From positions 1 through 39,428 of the IMG/VR virus record IMGVR_UViG_3300037047_000288: DNA of 39,428 nucleotides; one strand, 5' to 3'. Source of the DNA: a virus (taxonomy: Duplodnaviria > Caudoviricetes). Position 1 is the stretch's first letter. Each line of letters starts with the position of its first letter. Shown here piece by piece: positions 18,405 to 27,169 of the stretch. The translations under genes were made by a program, and so were the position numbers. Below the pieces are notes generated by a model, which had not been told where the DNA came from, ran no database searches, and saw nothing but the letters and a program-made list of their open reading frames with translations.

Positions 18405-18682
18405 ATATCTTCCCTCCCATAACCTCTTTTTTGTTTTGGTTTGTCTTTTTTGCGCCCACCGGAGTTATTCCCGCCCCCAGGCTTAGACATCATCTTTTTA
18501 TAGGCCTGCTCATCCCGCCAGAGAGTAACCACGTCATAATTAGACGGCCCTGGCCACCACTCACCGCCACAGTCCGGGCACTTATAGAAGCCATGTTCCT
18601 CGTTAAAGATCAGCTGCACATCACAGAATATGCATTCCAGCTTTTTTTCGACTTCCGACAAGCAGGCCGCCCCCTTCGCCAT
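18401..18682 (-). CDS. Zn-ribbon protein
   Basis: CIFC...CPDCGGEWW; ATG 18682 after AGGAG. Confidence 0.65.
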   Translation of the reverse strand: MAKGAACLSEVEKKLECIFCDVQLIFNEEHGFYKCPDCGGEWWPGPSNYDVVTLWRDEQAYKKMMSKPGGGNNSGGRKKDKPKQKRGYGREDM

Positions 18683-18689
18683 TAACAGA

Positions 18690-18860
18690 TCAGCGCTCCT
18701 TCCTCCACCGTGGCCACGCTCTACCACATCCTGGCTTTCTCAAACATCCGTAATATTCTAAACCCGAAAGCACCCGAACCCGAATCAAAAGCCAGGCTAC
18801 CAATGACACAGTTAGCGCAGCTGCGACGTAACCGGCGATAAAACTCCCTACGCTAAACAT
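18690..18860 (-). CDS. Small membrane protein (56 aa, not in the ORF track)
   Basis: GGGGTG RBS, TGATG overlap; MFSVGSFIAGYVAAALTVSLVAWLLIRVR has a TM segment. Confidence 0.5.
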   Translation of the reverse strand: MFSVGSFIAGYVAAALTVSLVAWLLIRVRVLSGLEYYGCLRKPGCGRAWPRWRKER

Positions 18861-19072
18861 CACCCCGCCTCCCTGGCATCATGTTTACCGAACTTGCTAG
18901 CCGGCGCTACGTCAAACTGCGGATCATAGCGCCGGCCCTCAAACGGATCCTCCACACCCATCACGCGCAAGAGCGCAAGGCTAACGTGCTTATTAATGGG
19001 AATACCGTTCCGATTGTACCGCAGCCGGTCTTTCTTGGACATCAGATCACACCCTTTAACCTGCCAGTTCAA
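18860..19072 (-). CDS. Hypothetical protein
   Basis: Tightly packed in the operon; start may be the internal MSKKDR. Confidence 0.5.
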   Translation of the reverse strand: MNWQVKGCDLMSKKDRLRYNRNGIPINKHVSLALLRVMGVEDPFEGRRYDPQFDVAPASKFGKHDAREAG

Positions 19073-19478
19073 TTATTGGCACCAACCCATCCAGTTCTGC
19101 ATAATCAGGACATGCGTAGAACTCTACGCGGCCCTCTACACCGCCGCCACCGTATTCCAGAATCAAACGCCCGTTGTCCATATAGGCCCGATGAGTCATA
19201 CGCTTACGGACAGAGGTCAGTACCTTTTTCACGGCATCATAGTTCGCAGTGACATAATCATCACTTCCCCGCGTTGTCATTTGCGCTGGGGTCCCGATAA
19301 TCGGGGCCAGGTTATCCCTGCGTGCTTCCAGTTCGTTTATAATCGATTTTGGCGTATTCCGCGGTAAAGTTTTAAGCTGCTGAGCAATCTCCTGCCGTTT
19401 TGCGGTCCGTAACCGGTTCACCGCATCCTTGGCTTTCTTGATAACCGCTTTCTCCTCCGTGGTTAAAGCCCTCATCAC
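19056..19478 (-). CDS. Hypothetical protein
   Basis: 140-aa ORF in the operon with an RBS-like sequence upstream. Confidence 0.6.
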   Translation of the reverse strand: MMRALTTEEKAVIKKAKDAVNRLRTAKRQEIAQQLKTLPRNTPKSIINELEARRDNLAPIIGTPAQMTTRGSDDYVTANYDAVKKVLTSVRKRMTHRAYMDNGRLILEYGGGGVEGRVEFYACPDYAELDGLVPIIELAG

Positions 19479-19515
19479 CTATTCCCCCGTTCTTTCAGAG
19501 TCAAGTTTTGACAGG

Positions 19516-19782
19516 TTACTGATTTGCTAACAGTTTCACCAAAACGTCTCCATGGCACGGCTTGGGCTTGCAGAAGCACACAAGCGTTTTACCCCGCAAC
19601 TCATGCAGTGACTGCAACAAGTGCGGTTGCTGCTTTATCCACTTTTCGTATTTTGCGATAACCTCTTCCCGAGTTCCGTCCGGACCAATCCTAAACGGAT
19701 TTCCCCACTTGGATCCACGACCTATATACACAGCTTCACAAGGGACCTTCCCGTGATATTTGTTAACAACTACGGTTTTCAC
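19516..19782 (-). CDS. DUF4326 family protein
   Basis: VYIGRGSKWGNPF, LRGKTLVCFCKPKPCHGDVL. Confidence 0.88.
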   Translation of the reverse strand: MKTVVVNKYHGKVPCEAVYIGRGSKWGNPFRIGPDGTREEVIAKYEKWIKQQPHLLQSLHELRGKTLVCFCKPKPCHGDVLVKLLANQ

Positions 19783-19784
19783 GC

Positions 19785-21161
19785 CTACACCGCCTCTTTG
19801 TATTTCTCAATCCTTGCCTTTAGTGCTTGCATCAGGTTATCCTGTGTGGCGCTCTTACTGCCCAGGGCCTTCAGCACATCCTCATCGACACCACCCTCGA
19901 CTACCAGGTGATGCAGGATAACCTTCTCTGTCTGCCCCTGCCGGTGAAGACGCTTATTCGCCTGCTGGTACAGTTCCAGGCTCCAGTTCAACCCAAACCA
20001 GATCACATGGTTACCACCCTGCTGCAGGTTCAGGCCATAGGCGCAGCTGGCCGGATGCGCCAGCAGGATGTCAATCTCCCGGTTGTTCCAGTCTGTCTCA
20101 TCCTGGGGGGCCCGCAACTGACGGACCCGGAGACCTGTCCCCGCCAGGGCCTTCATCAGCCTGGCCAAGTCATGCTGGAAGTTGTAAAACACCAGTGCCG
20201 GTTTCCCGTTGAGACCTTCCACCAGCTCCATAAACGCTTCCAGTTTGCACCGGTGAATCTCCCACACGTTTCGGTCCTCATCGTACACCGCCCCGTTACA
20301 CAGTTGCAGCAGCTTGTTACTCAGCACAGCTGCCGTACCGGCATCAATGGTGGACTCATCCACTTCCAGCAGCGCCTCACACTCCAGCTTGTTGTACGCG
20401 GCCTGCGCCTTCGAATCCAGAATTACCGGCACCGTAACCGGAATACAGTCCGGTAGCTCCAGGTAGTCCTCTGCCTTCATGCTGACGCATATATCTCCGA
20501 TCAGCTGTTGGATCACTTCATTCGCCCCGGGTTTTGGCGCATAACTGAACACTCTTTCCCGGTCCCGCTGATCCGGCTCAAAATATCGTTCACGGAAGTG
20601 GGTAATCTTCTGGCCAAGCCGCTGCCCCTGATCCAGCAGATACACCTGCGCCCACAGGTCCAGCAGCCCGTTAGGTGCCGGCGTACCGGTCAGGCCTACA
20701 AACCGTTTGATGTGTCCGCGTACCCAACTGAGGGCTTTAAACCGTTTCGCCTGGTGATTCTTAAAGCTTGAAAACTCATCCGCCACAACCATGTCAAACG
20801 GCCAGGCGTTACGATAATACTCCACCAGCCAGGGGACGTTCTCCCGGTTAATCACCCAGATGTCACCCGGTGTGTTCAGCGCCCGGACCCGTTTCTGTTG
20901 GGGCCCCAGGACCGGTATCACCCGCAGTAGCTTCAGGTGATCCCACTTGGCGGCTTCTTTGCTCCAAGTAGATTCCGCCACTTTCTTTGGCGCGATTACC
21001 AACACCTTAGACACGGCGAAGCGGTTATACTTCAGGTCGTTTATGGCTGTTAACGTGATAACTGTCTTGCCAAGTCCCATATCAAGAAACAGGCCCAAAG
21101 CAGCATCGGTCAATAACCTGTTGATGCAATATTTTTGATACGAATGCGGTTGTAGTTTCAT
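19785..21161 (-). CDS. SNF2-family helicase
   Basis: DMGLGKT, DEFS, LTGTP and QANKRLHRQGQ motifs. Confidence 0.93.
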   Translation of the reverse strand: MKLQPHSYQKYCINRLLTDAALGLFLDMGLGKTVITLTAINDLKYNRFAVSKVLVIAPKKVAESTWSKEAAKWDHLKLLRVIPVLGPQQKRVRALNTPGDIWVINRENVPWLVEYYRNAWPFDMVVADEFSSFKNHQAKRFKALSWVRGHIKRFVGLTGTPAPNGLLDLWAQVYLLDQGQRLGQKITHFRERYFEPDQRDRERVFSYAPKPGANEVIQQLIGDICVSMKAEDYLELPDCIPVTVPVILDSKAQAAYNKLECEALLEVDESTIDAGTAAVLSNKLLQLCNGAVYDEDRNVWEIHRCKLEAFMELVEGLNGKPALVFYNFQHDLARLMKALAGTGLRVRQLRAPQDETDWNNREIDILLAHPASCAYGLNLQQGGNHVIWFGLNWSLELYQQANKRLHRQGQTEKVILHHLVVEGGVDEDVLKALGSKSATQDNLMQALKARIEKYKEAV

Positions 21162-21165
21162 TGGT

Positions 21166-21447
21166 TCACTTCCCTTGTGCGTAGCGGATTAGCTCTTCCA
21201 CACCTGGCTTACTGTCAATCACGAATACAGGGAATCCTAATTTACGAATGCGATTTTGCTGCCCCGTCTGTAGCGGGGTAGATTTTTTTCCCTTATTCTT
21301 CAACTCCACAAAGAATACCCTGCCTCCAGGAAACAGCACCAACCGATCCGGCACTCCTGCATTGCCCGGCGACACAAATTTATAAGCCCGTCCGCCGGCC
21401 TTTTTTACTTCATCCCTCAAATATTTTTCAATGTTTTTTTCAGTCAC
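21166..21447 (-). CDS. VRR-NUC domain nuclease
   Basis: EKNIE..KFVSPGNAGVPDR..FVELK. Confidence 0.9.
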   Translation of the reverse strand: MTEKNIEKYLRDEVKKAGGRAYKFVSPGNAGVPDRLVLFPGGRVFFVELKNKGKKSTPLQTGQQNRIRKLGFPVFVIDSKPGVEELIRYAQGK

Positions 21448-21654
21448 TTAACACGCCTCCCATTTCCAAAACCAGTTAGGTGTTGCTCCTACTTCGTCAA
21501 ACTGGTGGAACGTCTTAACCCCAAGAGCCTTCCTTGCCTCTTTCAGCTCCTGACGGGTAAATCCAGACTTCTTGGCTTCAGCCCTGACGATATCACAAAG
21601 TGTCCACTCTTCAGCTTTCAAAAATTCCCGTAACCACTCTTCGCATTTCGCCAT
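21448..21654 (-). CDS. Hypothetical small DNA-binding-like protein
   Basis: 68 aa with GAGGAG RBS. Confidence 0.55.
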   Translation of the reverse strand: MAKCEEWLREFLKAEEWTLCDIVRAEAKKSGFTRQELKEARKALGVKTFHQFDEVGATPNWFWKWEAC

Positions 21655-21667
21655 GTTACTCTCTCCT

Positions 21668-21907
21668 CACGTGTATATAGACGTATTACGTGTAAGGCGT
21701 ATATACGTGTATTACGTGTTATATTTTCTTTATTTATTACCTCTATAGAAAAGAATGTAACAAAGTAACAGTAGCTTATGAATCCTTTAACTGCGGGCAT
21801 TTTCACCCATTACATTGAATGTAACTTTTGTAACGTTTGTAACCGGCGCTGTCACATTGAATGTAACAATATTTCGTTTGTAACAGGGCTTTATAACAAA
21901 TGTAACG
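21668..21907. repeat. Putative phage replication origin (iteron-like repeats)
   Basis: AT-rich noncoding gap after the primase with many TGTAAC copies, ACATTGAATGTAAC twice (21812-25, 21854-67), TATTACGTGT twice and ACGT palindromes. Confidence 0.65.
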
Positions 21908-24329
21908 CCCTGGAATAACCCCTTTGCAGGCCGTATGGCTTACCGAATTGGCGGCCGTTTTTATCTTTTACCCAGCCTTTCAACCCGTCCAGTAGCCCGT
22001 TTATTTCAATGACGTCTGCCCTGCGAATATGGCTTAACTCTCTGTGGAAACACTCACACCATATCTCTGCGGCACATATTTTGTCCCTCATTACGGTTTC
22101 AATCTGATCCTTGCCAAACTCACCAGACCAGTACATGCGCCTCTCTGACAGGCTTCTCCACGCCCAGTTAACCGGTACAGGCCGTTCGATAAACTCTTGT
22201 ATGACGCCTTCCTTCGCGCTGCTTTCTCTGTGTGCTTCCTGTTCCAGAATGGATATCCTCTCCGTCTCACCAGTTAAGTACAGCTGCTCTCCCAGCTGCC
22301 AGTAGCAGTAGGCTTCTGCCCAAATCTGCGGAACTTCGTCCTCTAACTGCTGGAAGACGTTTTTTATTACCGGATTCAGCCCTACGGTTATCGGCCAAAA
22401 GCGTCGGTTCCCCGTCCTGTCCCGTAAGAATTCGGTATCGTTTGTGGTTCCAAAGAACACGCAGCGTCTCGGGTATATCCCTGTCCTGCGCCCGTACGGC
22501 TCCCGGTAGATATCATCCGTCCTGCTTAAAAACTGTTTAACTGCGTTTGTCTCTGCCCGGCTCAGGCCGTTTAATTCACCCAGTTCGTTTATCCAGACGC
22601 CCTGAATCATCTCTGCAGCTTCTTTCCCTTCAAACGTTGCCAAACTGTCGGAATACCAACGTTGGCCAAGCAGCCTTAAGAAGGTACTTTTACCGATTCC
22701 CTGCGGCCCCGTCATGATCGGCATGTAGTCGTACTTGCAGCCTGGCGTCATTACTCTGGCCACAGCAGCGGCCAGCGACTTGCGGATCACTGCCCTGGTA
22801 TAAGGCGTGTCCTCTGACCCTAAGTAGTCGATAAGAAGAGTATCAAGCCTCTTAGTACCGTCCCACGCTAAGCCCGTCAGATAGTCTTTAACATCGTTGA
22901 TCGTGTGTTTGTGTGCGGCCAATGTGGCAGCGTCATAGATTCGTTCTTTACCGGTAATACCATAGGTCTTCTCTATGTAGTGCCGTAGGCCGGCATCGTC
23001 TACATCAGTCCACTGACGCCGGCCTAGGCGCCTGTCCCACGGTAGGGATCCCAGCACCAGCCCTCTGTTTGCGAATTCATCATAAGCCAGCTTACCGCGC
23101 AGGAGCGGGTCATTTTCTAAGATAATCAAAACATTGTCGGTTGTCTTCGCCGGTGCCCCGGTGGTGGCGCTGACAGCCAGGAGACTAATCCAGTTCAGGT
23201 CATCGGTAGGAGCCTCTGAAAAGTCCTGTGTGGCTTTCTCGTAGCGCTCCTGGTTCAGTAAAGCGGCAACATATGTATCGGCTACTGCAAGTTCACACAT
23301 GGCCACAAAAGACGGGAGACGGACAGTGGGGGTATCCGGTTTCGCGTCATCATCCCGGTCTCCAAACTTGTGCTGGCGCACCAGGTCGAAGGCGTTTACA
23401 AGCTTACCGCCGGCAGGATCCGTTGCATGGTGGCTGTAGAGAAACTGGCCGTTATCATACACGATGGCACCGCCTGTGGTACTGCCGCCGGTATAAGTAA
23501 AACGTTCTGAGCCATCTTTGCACGGCTCGTACTCACCTGGCAGGAAGGTTTCCATGGCACGATAAATGTCATAAGTCTTACAAAAAGCCCCTACAACACC
23601 GTTTTTTGCCGTGGGATCTCCCTGCTTGGCGGCCAGACGTATATGCGCCTGCTGCACCCCGGGGACCTCCGGCCATTCGGCTACGTTACGCCAATCCGTA
23701 TAGGTAGAGATCAGCCCGTCTGCGTCCAGGAAGGGTTTGTCCCCATACTGGTAAACGTATTGGCTGTCTGAGCAGCAGCTGGGCCAGTACATGAGCCTGG
23801 AGGCCTCGAACGTGGACGGGTCACAAAGTTCAATGCCGATAACACTGGCCAGTTTACGGGCCAGGGGCTCGTATTCGTCCGCCGTGGCTGTCCGGTTGAG
23901 TGGGACCAGGACACGCAGCCTGGGCTTTGCTTCCTCGTGCTTACGGGTAGAGTAGACTGCGTAAGCGCACCCCAGGCTGTCGATGCGGCGTAGGGCGTCC
24001 TGGGCACCGCCAGGTTGAATGTTGTCCAGATCCAGCGTCAGAACATCCCTGCCGGTGACAGCGGAGGCCTTGCGCCGGTGCCCGGCCAGGGAGCCAGCCA
24101 CAAAACCGCCAACGTCCTTCAGTTCGTCCTGCTTCGACTTAGGCAGGCGCAGGTATTCAGCCAGGGTTTCTACCCCCCTGGCCGGCGTTTTAAGGCGCTC
24201 CACCAGCTCAGACCAGTACAAAGTTTGTGTCGGCCATTGGGTTGCCTTACGGCTGCCGGCAGCGCTGATCGTGATTTGCCTGTTGTTTATCAGGGTAATA
24301 TGATTACAGCTTATATGTGGATTGATCAA
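21891..24329 (-). CDS. VapE-family primase/helicase
   Basis: N-terminal LDLD..YSTRKH..RLRVLVP primase-like motifs, GPQGIGKST Walker A, and GTTN..D.TGNRRF. Confidence 0.9.
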   Translation of the reverse strand: MINPHISCNHITLINNRQITISAAGSRKATQWPTQTLYWSELVERLKTPARGVETLAEYLRLPKSKQDELKDVGGFVAGSLAGHRRKASAVTGRDVLTLDLDNIQPGGAQDALRRIDSLGCAYAVYSTRKHEEAKPRLRVLVPLNRTATADEYEPLARKLASVIGIELCDPSTFEASRLMYWPSCCSDSQYVYQYGDKPFLDADGLISTYTDWRNVAEWPEVPGVQQAHIRLAAKQGDPTAKNGVVGAFCKTYDIYRAMETFLPGEYEPCKDGSERFTYTGGSTTGGAIVYDNGQFLYSHHATDPAGGKLVNAFDLVRQHKFGDRDDDAKPDTPTVRLPSFVAMCELAVADTYVAALLNQERYEKATQDFSEAPTDDLNWISLLAVSATTGAPAKTTDNVLIILENDPLLRGKLAYDEFANRGLVLGSLPWDRRLGRRQWTDVDDAGLRHYIEKTYGITGKERIYDAATLAAHKHTINDVKDYLTGLAWDGTKRLDTLLIDYLGSEDTPYTRAVIRKSLAAAVARVMTPGCKYDYMPIMTGPQGIGKSTFLRLLGQRWYSDSLATFEGKEAAEMIQGVWINELGELNGLSRAETNAVKQFLSRTDDIYREPYGRRTGIYPRRCVFFGTTNDTEFLRDRTGNRRFWPITVGLNPVIKNVFQQLEDEVPQIWAEAYCYWQLGEQLYLTGETERISILEQEAHRESSAKEGVIQEFIERPVPVNWAWRSLSERRMYWSGEFGKDQIETVMRDKICAAEIWCECFHRELSHIRRADVIEINGLLDGLKGWVKDKNGRQFGKPYGLQRGYSRALHLL

Positions 24330-25312
24330 AGTGCCTCACCTGCTCCCCGGTTCTCTGGTCCGTATATCTCCGCATAAACATTCAAAAAGTTCCCCACATC
24401 AAGATTGCAGTTTTGTTTTTTAGCTATGCCTGCGTAATAAGATAATTCGCCCAAAAACCGGCGTATGTCAGGCCAGACTTCTTCCGGAAGCGCTTTTTTG
24501 TAACTGACACCGGCTTTGGCCAAGTGCAGCCTGGTCTCCCCTTGCACCGGATCCACCCTCTTTACGCTGAGTTCTCCATCTTTCACCATCCGTTCAATTT
24601 TTCCATTTATGGCCAATGCCGACCGTGGTATTCTTTCCGCCATGACTTCTGAGGCATAGCCCTTGTAATACAGATCCACCAGAATTTCCGTCTCTTCTTC
24701 CGTCCACGGATTGTGATTGTCGGCCCGGAGCGGGCGCTGTTTCAATCCTAGGTCTTTCATCCGGCGCTTTAGGGCACCCTCAGTCCGCTTCAGGCATATT
24801 GATATTTCTCGGTAGCTGTACCGGTAAGCATTTAACATTTGAATCAACAGGGCATCTTCCGTCGATGTCCAGGGCGTCTTTTTGTATTGGCCGGCCAGGA
24901 AGTCGGCCTTGCGTTTCTCCTCTACCCAGGTCGGCTCCGGGCCCAGTATGTGACGTTCCACCTTGGAGAAGTCAATCAGCATTTTGTTTGGTTCCGCCCA
25001 CTTCCAGAAGTCATTGATGTAAATAACTCTAAAGGAGTTGTTGATTACTTTTTTCTTTTTAACCGGCAGGCCGTTTATCGACCAACGGTTAAAATTTTCG
25101 GTATACGACTGTCCCAGGCCCAGGGCTTTGCAAAGTTGATTGAGAGTGATATATTCTCCGCCATCAAGATATCGGCCTAAACCAAGGCTTTGAGCTTTAA
25201 GCTTTACCGCATTTACGGATCTGTTCAGGTTCTTTGCAATGGCGGGGATACTGATGGATCCCCACTTGTCATCCAGATATTCAACCTGTTCTTTTGGCCA
25301 TGCCGCCGGCAT
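24326..25312 (-). CDS. DNA-binding protein with three Myb/HTH-like repeats
   Basis: WPKEQVEYL, WTSTEDALL and WTEEETEIL, each followed by an IAxxLxRS-type helix. Confidence 0.65.
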   Translation of the reverse strand: MPAAWPKEQVEYLDDKWGSISIPAIAKNLNRSVNAVKLKAQSLGLGRYLDGGEYITLNQLCKALGLGQSYTENFNRWSINGLPVKKKKVINNSFRVIYINDFWKWAEPNKMLIDFSKVERHILGPEPTWVEEKRKADFLAGQYKKTPWTSTEDALLIQMLNAYRYSYREISICLKRTEGALKRRMKDLGLKQRPLRADNHNPWTEEETEILVDLYYKGYASEVMAERIPRSALAINGKIERMVKDGELSVKRVDPVQGETRLHLAKAGVSYKKALPEEVWPDIRRFLGELSYYAGIAKKQNCNLDVGNFLNVYAEIYGPENRGAGEAL

Positions 25313-25384
25313 CCTATGCTCACCGACCTTCCTGTAGCGTAACGGGATTAAAATACTAAGGCCAGTATCTCAATTCGTGGCCTT

Positions 25385-25723
25385 TCACTCTCCGTCACCG
25401 TCCAGGGCACCCCCATCCTCATCATCCGGCACAACCTTATACGGCCTGCTCAGGTCAAAAAGCACGTCCAAGAAATCATTGACTACCTTTTCCACTGTCT
25501 CGTAAACCAGCTTTCTGCCGTTACGAGCAGCAACCATGGAAACAATCATGTTGTAAAGAATCCGGTCACTTTTTACTACATCACGCAGACGTTCAGCACC
25601 GGATTTGGATCCTACCAGCATCTTAACAAGCTCCGGTCCTGAATCCAGTTGCGCAATGGTCTCCAGTCCTTCCCGGATCTGCTCCAAACCGTTAACCAAC
25701 ATATCTCCTTTAGTTCGGTTCAC
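25385..25723 (-). CDS. Hypothetical protein
   Basis: ORF with GGAGG RBS in the operon. Confidence 0.55.
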   Translation of the reverse strand: MNRTKGDMLVNGLEQIREGLETIAQLDSGPELVKMLVGSKSGAERLRDVVKSDRILYNMIVSMVAARNGRKLVYETVEKVVNDFLDVLFDLSRPYKVVPDDEDGGALDGDGE

Positions 25724-25734
25724 AGCTCTACCTC

Positions 25735-26781
25735 CTAAGTTGGTCCACCGTTAGGCCCACCATAAGCGCCGTTCGGTAGTATCCAGTTTGTAGTAAAAAC
25801 GTCTTCTGGTTTGAAATCACACCGTAGTGCTTTTGCCACCCATTCTGATGCATCGGGATACCTATCCAGAAAACTTCTACCCTTTGCAGCCATCTGTTCC
25901 AGAGTTAGTTTAACGTCTACAGTGTGGTTCAGTTCCTTCTCCATTTCCACCAGCTCCAGGAAACGGATCGAATCTATATCGCGAATTGTCGCCCAGTGGT
26001 CAGGTCCGCTGAAAATACAAGTCATACAGGAAACGCGACTAAACCCAAGGTAATAAGCGGGGTGAGGCTGCACCCTAAACTCGTCAAAAGTTTCCCACAC
26101 CAGTTCCTCTGGCCAGTCTATTACAGGCCGCCATCGGTGAACCAAGCGGTTCTTTGTATTGCCATGGTCAAGCTCTGTTTCTAAATATCGGGAACGGGCT
26201 GGTGATTCCTCACGGCGTTCCCCTGACAATACCAGGTACTTGCCCTGCTTAAACTCCGGCTCATTACACAGTACCCTACGGAAAACATCAATTTTAACTA
26301 CACCTGAACACCATCGTGTCAACAGACTTACAGATTTTGCTGGCCATTTTCTACGTGTGGACAGGCTACCAGCTACTGTTGGTAGGTATTCATGGGAACC
26401 GGCTCTGACGTATTCAACACCCTTTGATTTATCGTTCTCCCTTAAGAGTTCCCCGCGTATCCCGCCCCGGCGCCACATAAACTCTACTCGTATTCCAAGA
26501 GCCTGGGCAAAAGCTTTAACGTAAGCTTCTGTAACCGGCCAATCCATAAAAGGTCTTGCACCAGGTCCACCGTCAACTGACTGATGCCAAAGTTCAATGC
26601 GTTTCTTCGGGATGCCCATTTTAAGGAGAAATAGCACCATTGCACCAGAATCCTTACCACCAGAGCTTTGTACTAGGATTTTGTCGTATCTGTCTAAATC
26701 GAATAGCGCTATTGGTTGTCTATTTGGTGGCTGATCAAGCTCCTCAAAAAATACCGACTGTTTCATTTCACCGGTACCCAC
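25735..26781 (-). CDS. PAPS reductase / PP-loop family protein
   Basis: SGGKDS PP-loop, WCS..K, GERREES..R and RVSC..C motifs; start may be MKQSV at 26766. Confidence 0.85.
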   Translation of the reverse strand: MGTGEMKQSVFFEELDQPPNRQPIALFDLDRYDKILVQSSGGKDSGAMVLFLLKMGIPKKRIELWHQSVDGGPGARPFMDWPVTEAYVKAFAQALGIRVEFMWRRGGIRGELLRENDKSKGVEYVRAGSHEYLPTVAGSLSTRRKWPAKSVSLLTRWCSGVVKIDVFRRVLCNEPEFKQGKYLVLSGERREESPARSRYLETELDHGNTKNRLVHRWRPVIDWPEELVWETFDEFRVQPHPAYYLGFSRVSCMTCIFSGPDHWATIRDIDSIRFLELVEMEKELNHTVDVKLTLEQMAAKGRSFLDRYPDASEWVAKALRCDFKPEDVFTTNWILPNGAYGGPNGGPT

Positions 26782-27071
26782 AGCACCTGGCCCGGGTGAA
26801 TCATCGGGGTGATCCCGTTAACCTCTCGGAGTTCCCACACCACATCCCGTATATCTCGTCGGCCACGGTACTCCCGGGCGATGCTCCAAAGCGTGTCCCC
26901 GGGCTGAACCACGTACTCTGTGTATTCGTCTGCAAAGATAGTAACTTGTCCTGCAGAAGGATGTTGCATTAGTACATAGAAAATGGATATAATACAGAGT
27001 AGGATAATTGTGGCCACCAGCTGGTGGTTATTTTTTTTATACGTGTAGGGTTGGGTTTCCCAGCGTAACAT
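26763..27071 (-). CDS. Membrane-anchored LysM protein (YneA-like)
   Basis: N-terminal TM followed by YVVQPGDTLWSIA...NGI..IHPGQVLWVP. Confidence 0.82.
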   Translation of the reverse strand: MLRWETQPYTYKKNNHQLVATIILLCIISIFYVLMQHPSAGQVTIFADEYTEYVVQPGDTLWSIAREYRGRRDIRDVVWELREVNGITPMIHPGQVLWVPVK

Positions 27072-27169
27072 CCGGAATCACCTTCCTCTATCTCCAAAAT
27101 TTTCACGGCTTCGCGTAGAAAAAAGACAGTCCATTAAGCTAACAATAGTTACTTTGAGGCTACTCCCAG

